From a virus (Duplodnaviria > Caudoviricetes): 64,000 bases of DNA. Position numbers and translations under genes: made by a program. The notes under the pieces are model-generated. The model was not told the origin of the DNA, did no database searches, and saw only the letters and a list, made by a program, of their open reading frames with translations. How positions within the stretch are numbered: position 1 is the stretch's first letter; each line of letters begins with the position of its first letter. Shown one piece after another: positions 46,322 through 55,788 of this stretch. The DNA is taken from the IMG/VR virus record IMGVR_UViG_3300032219_001867, positions 1-64,000 of that record; one strand, 5' to 3'.

Positions 46322-48981
46322 TATTTACTTCCCATTCGGTTAATCATGTCGTCTTGGTCAATGTACTGTTTAATCATTGTGGCAAAACGACGGGCTTCTG
46401 ATTCACTTGCTTGTGCAACACTTACGTTGATAGTCACGTTGCTTCCGCCTCCCCTATTACCTCCAGCTTTGGACCTGCGCCAACTAGCGGCTTCGTCCGC
46501 GTTGAGGATAGCCTCACCAGCGTGAACGTTTACGGGGCCATCTTGAGCAACGTAGGAGTCTCCCGTTTTAGCGCTTGGTGCGCCAGGGAGAGAAATGCTC
46601 ATACGGTTATTGGTCAGGTTGTTGTTGCCTGAGCTAGTATTAGAGCCTTTCATAGCGCCCTTTAGGCTGCTAATTTTTGCCCCAAAAGTATCCGAGCCGT
46701 TACCCCGGCTTCCACCGGCTCCCATGCCACCCAAAGCAGCGGGTACTTCTGCCTTTTGCTTAGCGCGTTGGTCAATGATTGAGTCTAAGTCAACTGCTCC
46801 AGCGCTCCCGCCCCAGCCACTAGTCTGTGCTTCCGCGCTACCGCCAACCATGTTGAATGCGCCACCGATAACCTTCATTGGGTCAATGGGAGCTCCTCCA
46901 GCATTTCTAATTTCAAAGTGAAGGTGGGGGCCAGTGGAATCTCCCGTGGTACCCACAGCGCCAATACGTTCACCTTGTCGTACATTCTGACCCATACGGA
47001 CTCCAATGCGAGACTGGTGAGCATAAACCGTGGTGTAGCCGTTGGGGTGCTTAATTCGCGTCACGTTACCGTATGAACCATCCGGGCCACAAGAAATGAC
47101 TTGGCCCTCAGCAGAAGCAACGATAGGCGAACCTTCAGAAGCAGCAACGTCGATACCTTTGTGGTAAGACGAAGACGTTGGAGTAGGAGGTGTACGCGGT
47201 CCAAAACCATCCGTAATTTTACCTTGAACAGGCATAATGAAAGTAATGTTGCCTTTTTTATCCGCTGAACCAGTAATACCGTTGGCGTTAATACTGGACG
47301 ATTGTCCACCCTTAGAGTCTTTTTGAAATATTTGTGCCCAAATGTCTGGTTTATCTCCCGGATGAGCTTTAGCCCATTTAGGGTTTTCTTGTAGCCATTT
47401 TTTAGTTCCAGCATCAAACCCAAATAAATCCCCGGCCTTTCCATCTGCCGTGGGCATTCCGAAGCCGCCACCAGTTGAAGCCGCCGCTTGAGTTGTTGAC
47501 AAATAAGAAGACCAAGAAGCTGCGCTTTTTTCAACACCAATGCCTGGGGCAGTAGAGAGTTGTTGCCCAACAGCATCGTTTACCAGCTTTGAACCTACCT
47601 GAGTAGCCGCAACAACGGCAACTGTACCAGCCACAGCTGCTCCAGTAGCAGCCGTACCAGCCACAGCTGCTCCAGTAGCAGCCGCACCACCAGCAGCCCC
47701 AGCGCCAATGCCAAACGTACCTAAAAGTGACATGAGGCCACCAAAAGCGCCTACTAGTCCGCTGACAACTTCAGTAAGGCCCTCCATAGCCATCTTAAGA
47801 GCGCCAATTACTGCGCCACCTTCACGACTACCTGCTACTGTTTCAATGGCGGCTTTAGCTTCACCAAACTGTTCCGCTAAAATACCCGAAGCATCGGTAA
47901 GAGCTTGCATAGCAGGTACGGCTGCTTGCATACCTTTGATGTACGGCTCTGCCGCTTTATTCATAGCACCGGTCTGCATACCGGTAATCGTCATACCCGA
48001 TTGATTTGGGTTTACCCCAGCCATCTCAGAAAGCTTTGCCATGTCCTCATCACTCGACAAGTCCATGTTATTGCCCTTGGCCTTTTCAACCAAAAATTGA
48101 CGCATAATTTGTTGCTGGTCTTCTGACAGTCCCAAGCCAGCCAATGAAGCACCCAAGTTACCTCTACGGAAAGACTCGTTTACTTGGTCGGCGGTGGCGG
48201 TTCCTCGACCAGCACTAAGCCGGTCTCCAATCTCACTCATTATTTGACCTTGGGTTTTTGCTTTACCCGTTTTTAAATCAGAGGTATAAATGCCCAAATT
48301 CTGAAGCATACTACGAGAGGTCGTTCCGCTAGTAAGACCTTCTACCGCTACAGCAGCTCGGTCATTACTCATGTTTAAGTATTTAGCGGCGTTGCTAACA
48401 CTTCGCACCGTTTGCATGTAAGTACTACCACGGGTGGAATCCGTGACCATACCACGGCTGGCAAGAAACTCTCCAACCATTCCATCAGAGCCGACACTGG
48501 TCATGCCGCCTTTCATGGCGTTAAAAGTAGCTTGTCTGAGTCCTTGGCGAGACATACCGCCACCGCCCGATACCGAGGCGTTGTAGAATTGAGCCTCACG
48601 GTTAACCGTAGCCTGTACTTCGGGCATCAAGTTAGAAACGCCCGTAACTGCTGCCATGCCCACTTTGGCAAAGCCGCCAACGGCCCCCAGCGCACCAGCC
48701 AGGAGGTTCATGCCGCCTTCCATACGGCTTGCGCCAGTAGAGGGGTACGACGGAACGGATGCCAAAGACCCGCTCATCATTGTGCCGCCCTGGTTTCCCG
48801 TAGGCGACCCAGCTGGAGCACCCGGCATTCGAGGGCCACCACCACCGCCTCCACCGCCCTTAGTTTTAGTGGCAGTGGTCAGGCTTTCTAAGGCTTTAGT
48901 GTTTCTTTCGGTAGCAGCGATTTCTTTGGCAGCGCTAGTAGCCATGGTGCGAGCTACACTACTCGCGTCTTTGTCTTCCAT
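46321..48981 (-). CDS. tape measure protein with M23 peptidase domain
   Basis: A/G-rich helical 886 aa; HKGID...YGN...H...T.YAH...STGPHLHFE. Confidence 0.88.
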   Translation of the reverse strand: MEDKDASSVARTMATSAAKEIAATERNTKALESLTTATKTKGGGGGGGGPRMPGAPAGSPTGNQGGTMMSGSLASVPSYPSTGASRMEGGMNLLAGALGAVGGFAKVGMAAVTGVSNLMPEVQATVNREAQFYNASVSGGGGMSRQGLRQATFNAMKGGMTSVGSDGMVGEFLASRGMVTDSTRGSTYMQTVRSVSNAAKYLNMSNDRAAVAVEGLTSGTTSRSMLQNLGIYTSDLKTGKAKTQGQIMSEIGDRLSAGRGTATADQVNESFRRGNLGASLAGLGLSEDQQQIMRQFLVEKAKGNNMDLSSDEDMAKLSEMAGVNPNQSGMTITGMQTGAMNKAAEPYIKGMQAAVPAMQALTDASGILAEQFGEAKAAIETVAGSREGGAVIGALKMAMEGLTEVVSGLVGAFGGLMSLLGTFGIGAGAAGGAAATGAAVAGTAATGAAVAGTVAVVAATQVGSKLVNDAVGQQLSTAPGIGVEKSAASWSSYLSTTQAAASTGGGFGMPTADGKAGDLFGFDAGTKKWLQENPKWAKAHPGDKPDIWAQIFQKDSKGGQSSSINANGITGSADKKGNITFIMPVQGKITDGFGPRTPPTPTSSSYHKGIDVAASEGSPIVASAEGQVISCGPDGSYGNVTRIKHPNGYTTVYAHQSRIGVRMGQNVRQGERIGAVGTTGDSTGPHLHFEIRNAGGAPIDPMKVIGGAFNMVGGSAEAQTSGWGGSAGAVDLDSIIDQRAKQKAEVPAALGGMGAGGSRGNGSDTFGAKISSLKGAMKGSNTSSGNNNLTNNRMSISLPGAPSAKTGDSYVAQDGPVNVHAGEAILNADEAASWRRSKAGGNRGGGSNVTINVSVAQASESEARRFATMIKQYIDQDDMINRMGSK
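47624..47683. repeat. perfect 30-bp tandem duplication within the tape measure gene
   Basis: GTACCAGCCACAGCTGCTCCAGTAGCAGCC x2 (AATGAAVAGT x2). Confidence 0.85.
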
Positions 48982-48982
48982 G

Positions 48983-49141
48983 CTACTCCTTAGCTAAGTT
49001 TCCGTACCCCTTAGCTATTTCTAGCCAGTTGTACCGTTCTCTTACTGAGAGGTCTTTTATCTCAGAAAGAGTCCAACCGTTAAAACTTCTTGTTAGTGCT
49101 GTCCACTCCGTAAATAGCTCGGCGTAGGTTTTGGCGCTAAA
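48983..49141 (-). CDS. gp51-like tail/hub chaperone C-terminal segment, probably reached by +1 frameshift
   Basis: Y.EL..EW..L....GWTLSEIK.L..RER..W; no nearby in-frame start. Confidence 0.55.
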   Translation of the reverse strand, partial: FSAKTYAELFTEWTALTRSFNGWTLSEIKDLSVRERYNWLEIAKGYGNLAKE

Positions 49142-49958
49142 ATTGAAACAACCCTCCGAGGCTAATCGGAACCACCACCTCAGTGTTACACTCTGGGCAA
49201 GTGACTTTGATGTCCTCAAACTTTGGCCCAGGACTGCGCTGCGAAATTTCTTCGCCAATCTTTCGACGGTCTAAGATACCCAGACTAAGAATCTGTTCCT
49301 TGTTGTAAACAACTTGCCCATCGATTGCAACAACTGTGCTCTGCAAAAGAATTGAGCCAAGTTCCGACAACGTCTTCTCTGGGTTATTGTTAAGCTCCTT
49401 TTGAGTGATTCCAGTAGGAAGCATTACGGTGTACTCGTGCTTTTTACCTTTTACCGTAAACTCACGGTTTTCCACCGGGTCTACAAGAATCTTTGTTTTA
49501 ATATCCGAAAGAAGGTCTACGGATACGTCCTTGTAGTCATCGCAACCACCACAGTAAGCACGAAGCTCAGCGGGGTTTCCAAATGTTACGCGGTAAATTC
49601 CAAGAAGAAGAGCCTCACGGTCTCCGGTAAACAAAGAGTCAAGCATTGATTCCGTTGCTTTTTCTCCACCGATAGAGACCACACCGCGAGAAAGAATCGT
49701 ACCAAGCATTCTTCCTACCGTAGTGCTCTTGACGATAACCTCTTCATCCCGTCCAGTAAGCTCACGAACTTCAGCGGTCTTGATAACCTCCCCAGTGGGC
49801 GAAATATACCCACCAGGGAGGTCAACGACAGTATCCGAAGGAAGTTTGATTACTGCTTCTTTTGGGGCGTCTTGTTCTACGTCTACAGCAAGGGCTTCCT
49901 GGGCAAGCTTGTTAGCAAGGCCGGGGTTCTTTGCGGCTTCAATTGTATTGTTTTCCAT
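49137..49958 (-). CDS. gp26-like tail/baseplate assembly chaperone
   Basis: VRELTG.DEE, GDR..LL..I...T.G, CxxC...CPEC; between tube and tape measure. Confidence 0.75.
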   Translation of the reverse strand: MENNTIEAAKNPGLANKLAQEALAVDVEQDAPKEAVIKLPSDTVVDLPGGYISPTGEVIKTAEVRELTGRDEEVIVKSTTVGRMLGTILSRGVVSIGGEKATESMLDSLFTGDREALLLGIYRVTFGNPAELRAYCGGCDDYKDVSVDLLSDIKTKILVDPVENREFTVKGKKHEYTVMLPTGITQKELNNNPEKTLSELGSILLQSTVVAIDGQVVYNKEQILSLGILDRRKIGEEISQRSPGPKFEDIKVTCPECNTEVVVPISLGGLFQF

Positions 49959-49978
49959 TGTTTATTCCTTATTAATAG

Positions 49979-50587
49979 TTAGTCGAAGTTAGGAGCACCG
50001 TTGTTGTAATCGGCAGCCCAGTTGACATCAAAGCCCTCGTGGACCAGAGTCATCTGCTCAACGAAGATGGCATTGTCACCAGCGTTAAGGTCAGAATACG
50101 CGACGGAGGTAATCCACGCGTTGTAAACCTGGAACCGCAGAGCAACGTGGTCCCCACCCTTGGTTGCGGTTGGGTCATCGGGGTTAGCGCCCGCAATGGG
50201 GTGGCTAAGAACCTGAATCTCAACATCGCAACGGAAGTTGGTGAGAGTGGTGGAGCTTCCCGAAGCCTGAACGGTGCGGAAGAGCTTACGCATCCACTCC
50301 CAGTTCTGGTTTGAGCCAAGCGTTACACCACGCTGGAATGAGATGGGAGCAAACGTCGTCTGACCAGGAATCTGGTGAACCGTCGTGTTATACCCACCTT
50401 CACGGTAAGGGATGCTGTCAGTAGTAACTGACAGACCCGATACCGAGGTGAAACCGATAGGAACACCAGAGGTGCTACTGGTCAAATTCAAGTTGTTCGG
50501 GTCGAACGGCTTGAAGATGACCAGGAACCTAAAGTTCCTAATCGGGTCGGTCGCAAGATTCGACCGGTTGTTAATAATGGTTGCCAT
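49979..50587 (-). CDS. tail tube protein (T4 gp19-like)
   Basis: DP.RNFRF.V, GF..VSGL......YREGG, PG......I...RG, L.A......VE.MTL.HEG. Confidence 0.92.
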   Translation of the reverse strand: MATIINNRSNLATDPIRNFRFLVIFKPFDPNNLNLTSSTSGVPIGFTSVSGLSVTTDSIPYREGGYNTTVHQIPGQTTFAPISFQRGVTLGSNQNWEWMRKLFRTVQASGSSTTLTNFRCDVEIQVLSHPIAGANPDDPTATKGGDHVALRFQVYNAWITSVAYSDLNAGDNAIFVEQMTLVHEGFDVNWAADYNNGAPNFD

Positions 50588-50606
50588 TATTTATTTTCTC
50601 CTTCGA

Positions 50607-52106
50607 TTACGCCGCAGTCTTTTGACTGAGGGTCAAGACAACAAACTCTGCCGGGTACTCAAGGGCCACACCAACTTCGATGTGCACCTCTCCGTTAGCG
50701 ACCGTATCGGTGCTGTTGTTTTCACGGTCACACTTCACGAAGAAGGCTTCCGTAGGGCCAGCACCGGCAAGACCACCCTGGTTCAGGTAGCCCGTCAGGA
50801 ACACGCCGATAGACGTGCGGAGGCGTGCCCACAGGTCTGCGTCGTTGTTCTCAAACAGAGCAAACTGCGTAAGGCCCTGAAGTTCTTTCTTCAAGTAGAT
50901 GAGAGAACGACGCATCGAGACGTAACGGTTAGCCGTTCCATCCTGCTTCAGAGTACGAGCACCCATAACAACAACACCAGCGCCCGGAATGCTACGAATA
51001 GCGTTTACCGGAGTCAGGCTAGAGTTAAGGGTGTCCAGCTCAGTAGAGGTAAAGACCCGTTCCGTGGCAACTACTCCGCCAAGCGCGGTCCGAAGACCGG
51101 CTGGGGCTTTGTAAGGACCAAACTGGCGGTCAGTAGAAAGGTAGAGACCGGCAACAGCACCAGCAGGACCAACCTTGCGGATGGCAGCTGAATTACGACC
51201 AAGAGGGTCAGCCATGAACATGTGGGGGTAGTAAACCGCCGCGTTACTTGACACGCCATAACTAGCCGCCGCAGTAACCGCGTTAGCAACAGTAACGTTG
51301 GCGTCCGTGTCTACAACAGCAAAGCCGTCGTTTGCGTTAGCCCACGTAACTAGTCCGGTTACTACGGTAGCTGCCGTTCCTGTAGAAAGCGTTGTACGGT
51401 AAATCTCAGGCGCAAAGATAACCAAGGGACGCCCTACAGTGTTAAAGTCCGCCAACGCATCGGTGAAGTTTGTTGCGGTAGGAGCAACGTCTGGCGTAGT
51501 AGCTCCTGCAAGCGGAAGAACGGTGCCCAGAGGAACACCGCTGGCAGCTGCTCCAATAGTCATCGTCAGGTACTGCGAAGAGTTGTTTACGAGAGGGACA
51601 ATGTAATCAGGTGAGTTGACATCGTTGAACACAACGTTCAGGTACTGCTCAACAATAATGTCATCCGTGGTTCCTGCATCAGAACCGTTTTCACGGTAGA
51701 CAACAACGTCGTAGTAAGAGGTTGACCCACGACGGGTAGCCTCAACGCGAAGTTTGTTGCCATCAGCACCGGGAGTACGAGCGGTAAATGCAGCTACTAC
51801 GGTAGCCGTGGATGTAACAAGGTTGGCGGTAGCAAAGCTGCTGCTGTTCAACACACGGCGAACATACAGTTCAGTTCCACCATTCTGGAAGAACATTCCT
51901 ACACCAAAAGTTGCAGGGTGGGCAATGTCATAGCCGCCAAAAATACTTGAGAACTCATACCAAGATGAGACGCGAGTAACGGTTATGGGTCCCCGTGAAA
52001 ACGTACCGACACAAGCACCAGCAGCGCTGGTTGTAGCCGTAGAGGTAAGTGGCGCGGGGAGAAGACGTTCAGTAATGTAAACGCCCGGACGACCATATGC
52101 GGTCAT
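50607..52106 (-). CDS. tail sheath protein
   Basis: RPGVYI.E, YYP, KAPAG, GARTL, RR, FE.N...LW, AF.V.CD..N, PAEFV. Confidence 0.95.
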   Translation of the reverse strand: MTAYGRPGVYITERLLPAPLTSTATTSAAGACVGTFSRGPITVTRVSSWYEFSSIFGGYDIAHPATFGVGMFFQNGGTELYVRRVLNSSSFATANLVTSTATVVAAFTARTPGADGNKLRVEATRRGSTSYYDVVVYRENGSDAGTTDDIIVEQYLNVVFNDVNSPDYIVPLVNNSSQYLTMTIGAAASGVPLGTVLPLAGATTPDVAPTATNFTDALADFNTVGRPLVIFAPEIYRTTLSTGTAATVVTGLVTWANANDGFAVVDTDANVTVANAVTAAASYGVSSNAAVYYPHMFMADPLGRNSAAIRKVGPAGAVAGLYLSTDRQFGPYKAPAGLRTALGGVVATERVFTSTELDTLNSSLTPVNAIRSIPGAGVVVMGARTLKQDGTANRYVSMRRSLIYLKKELQGLTQFALFENNDADLWARLRTSIGVFLTGYLNQGGLAGAGPTEAFFVKCDRENNSTDTVANGEVHIEVGVALEYPAEFVVLTLSQKTAA

Positions 52107-52149
52107 TTTTTCTCCTTAGGGTTGGGTTTATTCTGGGGGTTCCGAATTG

Positions 52150-52800
52150 TCACGTTATGTTAACTTCCCCATCAAAAACACCGTATTTAAGAGGTTCACC
52201 GGGGCGACCAACGATGCTTACGAGAGTGGGGTCTTCCAGAGTAATGTTCGTAACCTGGTAAAGGTTCTTTAGTGTGCCTAGCGGAACCTCACTGGAGACC
52301 CGCACTGTTATAGCGTTTACAAACAAGCGTTTTGCTTGTTCGGTGATGTCGCGTTTTGCAACATCTTGAACATCTAAACGTCGGATGGTTCCATCATCCA
52401 ACTCTAGATATCCAAATCTAATAGGAAACTTTGTATACAAAAGTTGCCCAATAATCATTCGGTCATGGCGAGGGTGCCGTGCATACGTAGTGATTTGATA
52501 GTCAATCATTACGGGAATCGGCAAGTGCAATTCCGCGCCGTCTACGTTAGCGGGAAAGGTTTCTGGCATGAGATAAGACGGGGAGACAATGCCGCGCATT
52601 TCGCGCTCTGTGTCACGAGTAATTCCCAGCATGTCAATTGTGATGTATGGATAAGACTGGTTACGAATTTCCTGGTCAGGCTGTCCAAACCACACACCAA
52701 CAGTACGTGGCTTACCATCCGCTATTGACTTCTGGTCCTCAACCTGCATCCCCTGGAGTTTCTCACGAAGGGCCTTGTCTTCACTAAGCAAGAAAGTCAT
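52150..52800 (-). CDS. tail terminator-like protein
   Basis: P.P....YQIT.Y.R; immediately upstream of the sheath. Confidence 0.65.
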   Translation of the reverse strand: MTFLLSEDKALREKLQGMQVEDQKSIADGKPRTVGVWFGQPDQEIRNQSYPYITIDMLGITRDTEREMRGIVSPSYLMPETFPANVDGAELHLPIPVMIDYQITTYARHPRHDRMIIGQLLYTKFPIRFGYLELDDGTIRRLDVQDVAKRDITEQAKRLFVNAITVRVSSEVPLGTLKNLYQVTNITLEDPTLVSIVGRPGEPLKYGVFDGEVNIT

Positions 52801-53063
52801 TAGAATCCCCCAAAGCTTTCTTTGCCATACTTGCGAAGAGCAGCCGTAGGCGGGTGCTCTGGCGAACCGTACTCATGCACCCACGCACGTTCTGCGTAAT
52901 CTGGGTGGATACGGAAATTGAACTTGTCGCCCTCAAAGTGCACTGAGACGTTGTCAGCAACGTCGGCGTCCCACCCGTGCTTTTTGAGATGACTCTTGAC
53001 CTCATCAGACATGAGGTGTGCAGTCAGGTGCGCTTTAGCAGTGGCGCGAGCTACTCCTGCCAT
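52800..53063 (-). CDS. head-tail joining region protein
   Basis: Start moved to ATG 53063; EYG.....P.A. Confidence 0.6.
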   Translation of the reverse strand: MAGVARATAKAHLTAHLMSDEVKSHLKKHGWDADVADNVSVHFEGDKFNFRIHPDYAERAWVHEYGSPEHPPTAALRKYGKESFGGF

Positions 53064-53240
53064 TATGACCTGACCATTCCTGAGAGCAAAACGACTGAAC
53101 CTGGCACGCACGTTTTAGGCATGGCACGTAAACCGAAATCAATCATTTCGCAAAATCCCCTAAAAGAGGCGGCAGGTCCAGCAAGCTGGATGAGTATTCG
53201 CACGAATACCCACACTTTAAGGATAGAGAAATACCCCGCA

Positions 53241-53263
53241 CTTGGCGGGGTATACTCTTTTTA
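53241..53263 (-). terminator. intrinsic terminator
   Basis: ATACCCCGC/GCGGGGTAT stem followed by TTCTCT on the - strand. Confidence 0.6.
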
Positions 53264-53270
53264 CTTAGAA

Positions 53271-53522
53271 CTACTTCTTGCCAGCCTTAATCTTCTTGGC
53301 TAGAGCATTGTCCTTCTTAGTGTCTTGCGCCTTGGTGAGCTTGGTGTTCTTGTCCATCTTGGCGTCCTCTTTGTTGAACTTTGCCTTCTGGGCAGGGGTC
53401 ATGCCCCTCATCGTCTTGGCATCCTGCTTCTTATCAGCAGATGAACCGATATAGGGCTTGTTCTTCTTATCGGCTGCACGCTTCTTACAAGCCGCGCACG
53501 TACCACATTTGCACATTGCCAT
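53271..53522 (-). CDS. Lys-rich small protein with N-terminal Cys cluster
   Basis: MAMCKCGTCAACKK... Confidence 0.75.
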   Translation of the reverse strand: MAMCKCGTCAACKKRAADKKNKPYIGSSADKKQDAKTMRGMTPAQKAKFNKEDAKMDKNTKLTKAQDTKKDNALAKKIKAGKK

Positions 53523-53689
53523 TATTTACCTTTTTTCTTGTTCATCTTGGCAGCAGTAATAACGTCGCCACGGGTGATTTTACTCTTGTCTCCGTACATC
53601 GAAGCAAGTTTGGCGTCTTTTCCCTTAGGAGCGGTCTTCTTTGCACGAGTCTTACAGGTTCCGCACTTACCGCACTTACACATTGCCAT
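53522..53689 (-). CDS. 55-aa Lys-rich protein with N-terminal Cys cluster
   Basis: Read by hand: MAMCKCGKCGTCKTRAKK...KKKGK; TAATG coupling at both ends. Confidence 0.75.
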   Translation of the reverse strand: MAMCKCGKCGTCKTRAKKTAPKGKDAKLASMYGDKSKITRGDVITAAKMNKKKGK

Positions 53690-54003
53690 TATTTCTTGCC
53701 TTTCTTAGCGTCAAGACGCTTGCTCATTGCTGCCGCTTTACTCTTGGCGTCAGCTTTACTGGATGCTCCCCATGCCTGAAGTGACAAGAGAAGACGTGTA
53801 GGTTCCCCGTTGGGTTTGCGCTCTGGACCAGGCATGTTACCCATACGAGCCAAGAACGATGCACGACGAGGGTTGTCGCCAGACTTTACTGGGGCTTTAA
53901 GGTCAGAGCCGGGGTTAGCCCGTTCGTAGGACTTACGGCCCTTTTCGTTTAGCCCTCCTTTAGAGTTCTTGCCCTCTTTACGCTGCCACGCCTCACTTGC
54001 CAT
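53689..54003 (-). CDS. basic small phage protein
   Basis: AWQRKEGKN.KGGLN.KGR.SY...RRASFLARM; start moved to ATG 54003. Confidence 0.8.
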   Translation of the reverse strand: MASEAWQRKEGKNSKGGLNEKGRKSYERANPGSDLKAPVKSGDNPRRASFLARMGNMPGPERKPNGEPTRLLLSLQAWGASSKADAKSKAAAMSKRLDAKKGKK

Positions 54004-54163
54004 TTGTTTTTTTCTTCTTTCGTGCAATTGCCATATTATCTACCAGATTGGGGTAAGGACGACCAGCGGCAGTGGCGCGAGCTCGTGCTGCTGACTCTTG
54101 CTTGGTCGTCAGGTTTTTGTGCTTTTTCTTAGGGTTTGGTTTATCCCATACTTCTTTTGCCAT
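53993..54163 (-). CDS. 56-aa basic protein
   Basis: Read by hand: MAKEVWDKPNPKKK...AGRPYPNLVDNM. Confidence 0.75.
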   Translation of the reverse strand: MAKEVWDKPNPKKKHKNLTTKQESAARARATAAGRPYPNLVDNMAIARKKKKTNGK

Positions 54164-54378
54164 TATTTAACTCCGGGGTTCTCTTTGTGGAACTTCTTAG
54201 TATCTTTGACGCCCTGTTTGACCGTCTTTGCTCCTGACAACTTTGTCAGATTCATGCGCTCTTTTTTACCTGAAGGGCTATTCTGTTCGACAATAATGTC
54301 GCCCTTTTTGCCCGTTCCTTTATTAGTTGTTTTTTGGGTAACGGTATGCTTTCTACCGCCAGCAGTTACTTTTGCCAT
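54163..54378 (-). CDS. Lys-rich small protein
   Basis: 71 aa, very basic. Confidence 0.75.
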   Translation of the reverse strand: MAKVTAGGRKHTVTQKTTNKGTGKKGDIIVEQNSPSGKKERMNLTKLSGAKTVKQGVKDTKKFHKENPGVK

Positions 54379-54420
54379 TTACTTCTTGCCTTTACCGCAA
54401 GTGCAGTTTCCATCACACAT
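54379..54420 (-). CDS. 13-aa micro-ORF MCDGNCTCGKGKK
   Basis: AAGGAG RBS; TAATG overlap upstream and abuts the next ATG. Confidence 0.45.
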   Translation of the reverse strand: MCDGNCTCGKGKK

Positions 54421-54722
54421 TAGTGCTTCTCCTTATAGTGACGGCCTTTACGACCATGGTTCTCTTTAGCTACATTCTTACTATGACTCATCGCCTGTAG
54501 GTTGCTAAGCCCGTCATGACCTTTACGACCACCGTTGTCTCTGTGGTCAACGTCCGTTTTTCGGTCAAGCGTCTCATGGTGGGCATCTTCATAGTCCACA
54601 CGAGCTTTATTAGAAGACGTGGTTTCCCATTTACCGTTTACTTTCTTCTTGTAAACGTAGATAGGACGCCCTCCGTTTTGCTTAGACCCTTTGTAGGGGC
54701 CAAAACGTTTGGTCTCAGCCAT
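54420..54722 (-). CDS. HNH endonuclease
   Basis: DVDHRD....GHD..SNL..MS...N. Confidence 0.75.
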   Translation of the reverse strand: MAETKRFGPYKGSKQNGGRPIYVYKKKVNGKWETTSSNKARVDYEDAHHETLDRKTDVDHRDNGGRKGHDGLSNLQAMSHSKNVAKENHGRKGRHYKEKH

Positions 54723-54766
54723 TATGTTTTCTCAGTTTTCTTTAAAAGTTACGACTAAGTAGTCAA

Positions 54767-55159
54767 TTAGTTTTGCGCCATGATTACCCAGTTAGTTCCG
54801 TTACTAACTAGAGTTGTCCATTTACCGGCTGTGTTGGCGGAGAAAAGAGTAGCCGCAGCCGTAGTGGTTGCCAACGGAATTACGTTAGAAGCAGCCGAGG
54901 TCACTGCACCTGTATTGATAGTCTTCAAACCCAGCGTTCGACCGGGGTATAGTGAAGCTGTTGGCAAAGTCACGGCGATAGCTGAAGCAGAGTTAAACGT
55001 AATAAACCGGCTAGTTTGTGGGACGGTAAAAGTTGCTGCTGTAACTGGGGTAGTGACGTTGGCTACAGCCAAAACAGTCTCTTCATCTAGAAAGTCAAGA
55101 GCAGTGTTAAGGGTGGTACCCCATCCCGCTTGACCAATAGTGGGTTTTACAAGTGGCAT
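54767..55159 (-). CDS. virion structural protein
   Basis: KPTIGQ.GWG..LN.ALD; VTLP.A...GR; L.S.GTNW. Confidence 0.7.
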   Translation of the reverse strand: MPLVKPTIGQAGWGTTLNTALDFLDEETVLAVANVTTPVTAATFTVPQTSRFITFNSASAIAVTLPTASLYPGRTLGLKTINTGAVTSAASNVIPLATTTAAATLFSANTAGKWTTLVSNGTNWVIMAQN

Positions 55160-55161
55160 GA

Positions 55162-55776
55162 TTAATCTCCGTAATTTCCAGAGCCGTATTCTCCGGCTCC
55201 ATAAGTAGATAGGCGGGACTCGGTTACAGTAGGCAAAGCTTGAGGCAAGAACTGCGGGTCGTTGACCAGCTCTTCTGGGTTAACCTGGTTGCAGTCAATG
55301 GTGACTACGGCGTAACGGTATCCGAACGCTCCGCGTGGGAGAACTCGGGTGGGAACAAAAACCTGACCTTTATACATGATACGGTCTTTGATGTGCAGGT
55401 TGGGGTTATCCATAAGTTGAGGGATAAGCCGTTCAACATCTCCCACGTTTACAACGAGGCGCAAAGTATCTGACACGTAAAAACCGCGCTCATTCATGAC
55501 GTTAGTAGAACGAATAAGTTGCGCCATAATGGTTGGCAATTTAAACGGCTCTGTCCAACGACGCCCGTTGCTCACTCCATTGGTATCGGTGTACCCAGAA
55601 ACGTCATAAATGTCATCGACAACAAGATGGTAGTTTTCTGTCAAGTAATCTTCAGACCACTGATACCAGTCAACTTCTTGACCAATAGTTCCACCAAGCT
55701 CTTCAGCGATACCTTCGTACATAGACTTAGCTTCGTAGTCAATGTCAAAGCGACCTTGTAGTTTAGACCCACGCAT
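55162..55776 (-). CDS. head-closure / neck protein
   Basis: 204 aa in the neck cluster; DRI.Y...VF (function inferred from position). Confidence 0.6.
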   Translation of the reverse strand: MRGSKLQGRFDIDYEAKSMYEGIAEELGGTIGQEVDWYQWSEDYLTENYHLVVDDIYDVSGYTDTNGVSNGRRWTEPFKLPTIMAQLIRSTNVMNERGFYVSDTLRLVVNVGDVERLIPQLMDNPNLHIKDRIMYKGQVFVPTRVLPRGAFGYRYAVVTIDCNQVNPEELVNDPQFLPQALPTVTESRLSTYGAGEYGSGNYGD

Positions 55777-55788
55777 AAAGTATCCTTA

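Noticed and set aside
49142-49258. TTG start at 49258 for the 91-aa ORF
   Set aside because: It overlaps the chaperone gene by about 120 nt with an implausible N-terminus; a frameshift explains the conserved part better.
50412-51191. 259-aa + strand ORF, and similar antisense ORFs across the structural genes
   Set aside because: Shadow frames of the sheath, tube and other well-supported - strand genes.
53063-53220. Possible tRNA or ncRNA (two short hairpins) upstream of the neck/tail genes
   Set aside because: No cloverleaf, T-loop or CCA; at most a structured 5' leader or a 27-codon ORF that I cannot support further.
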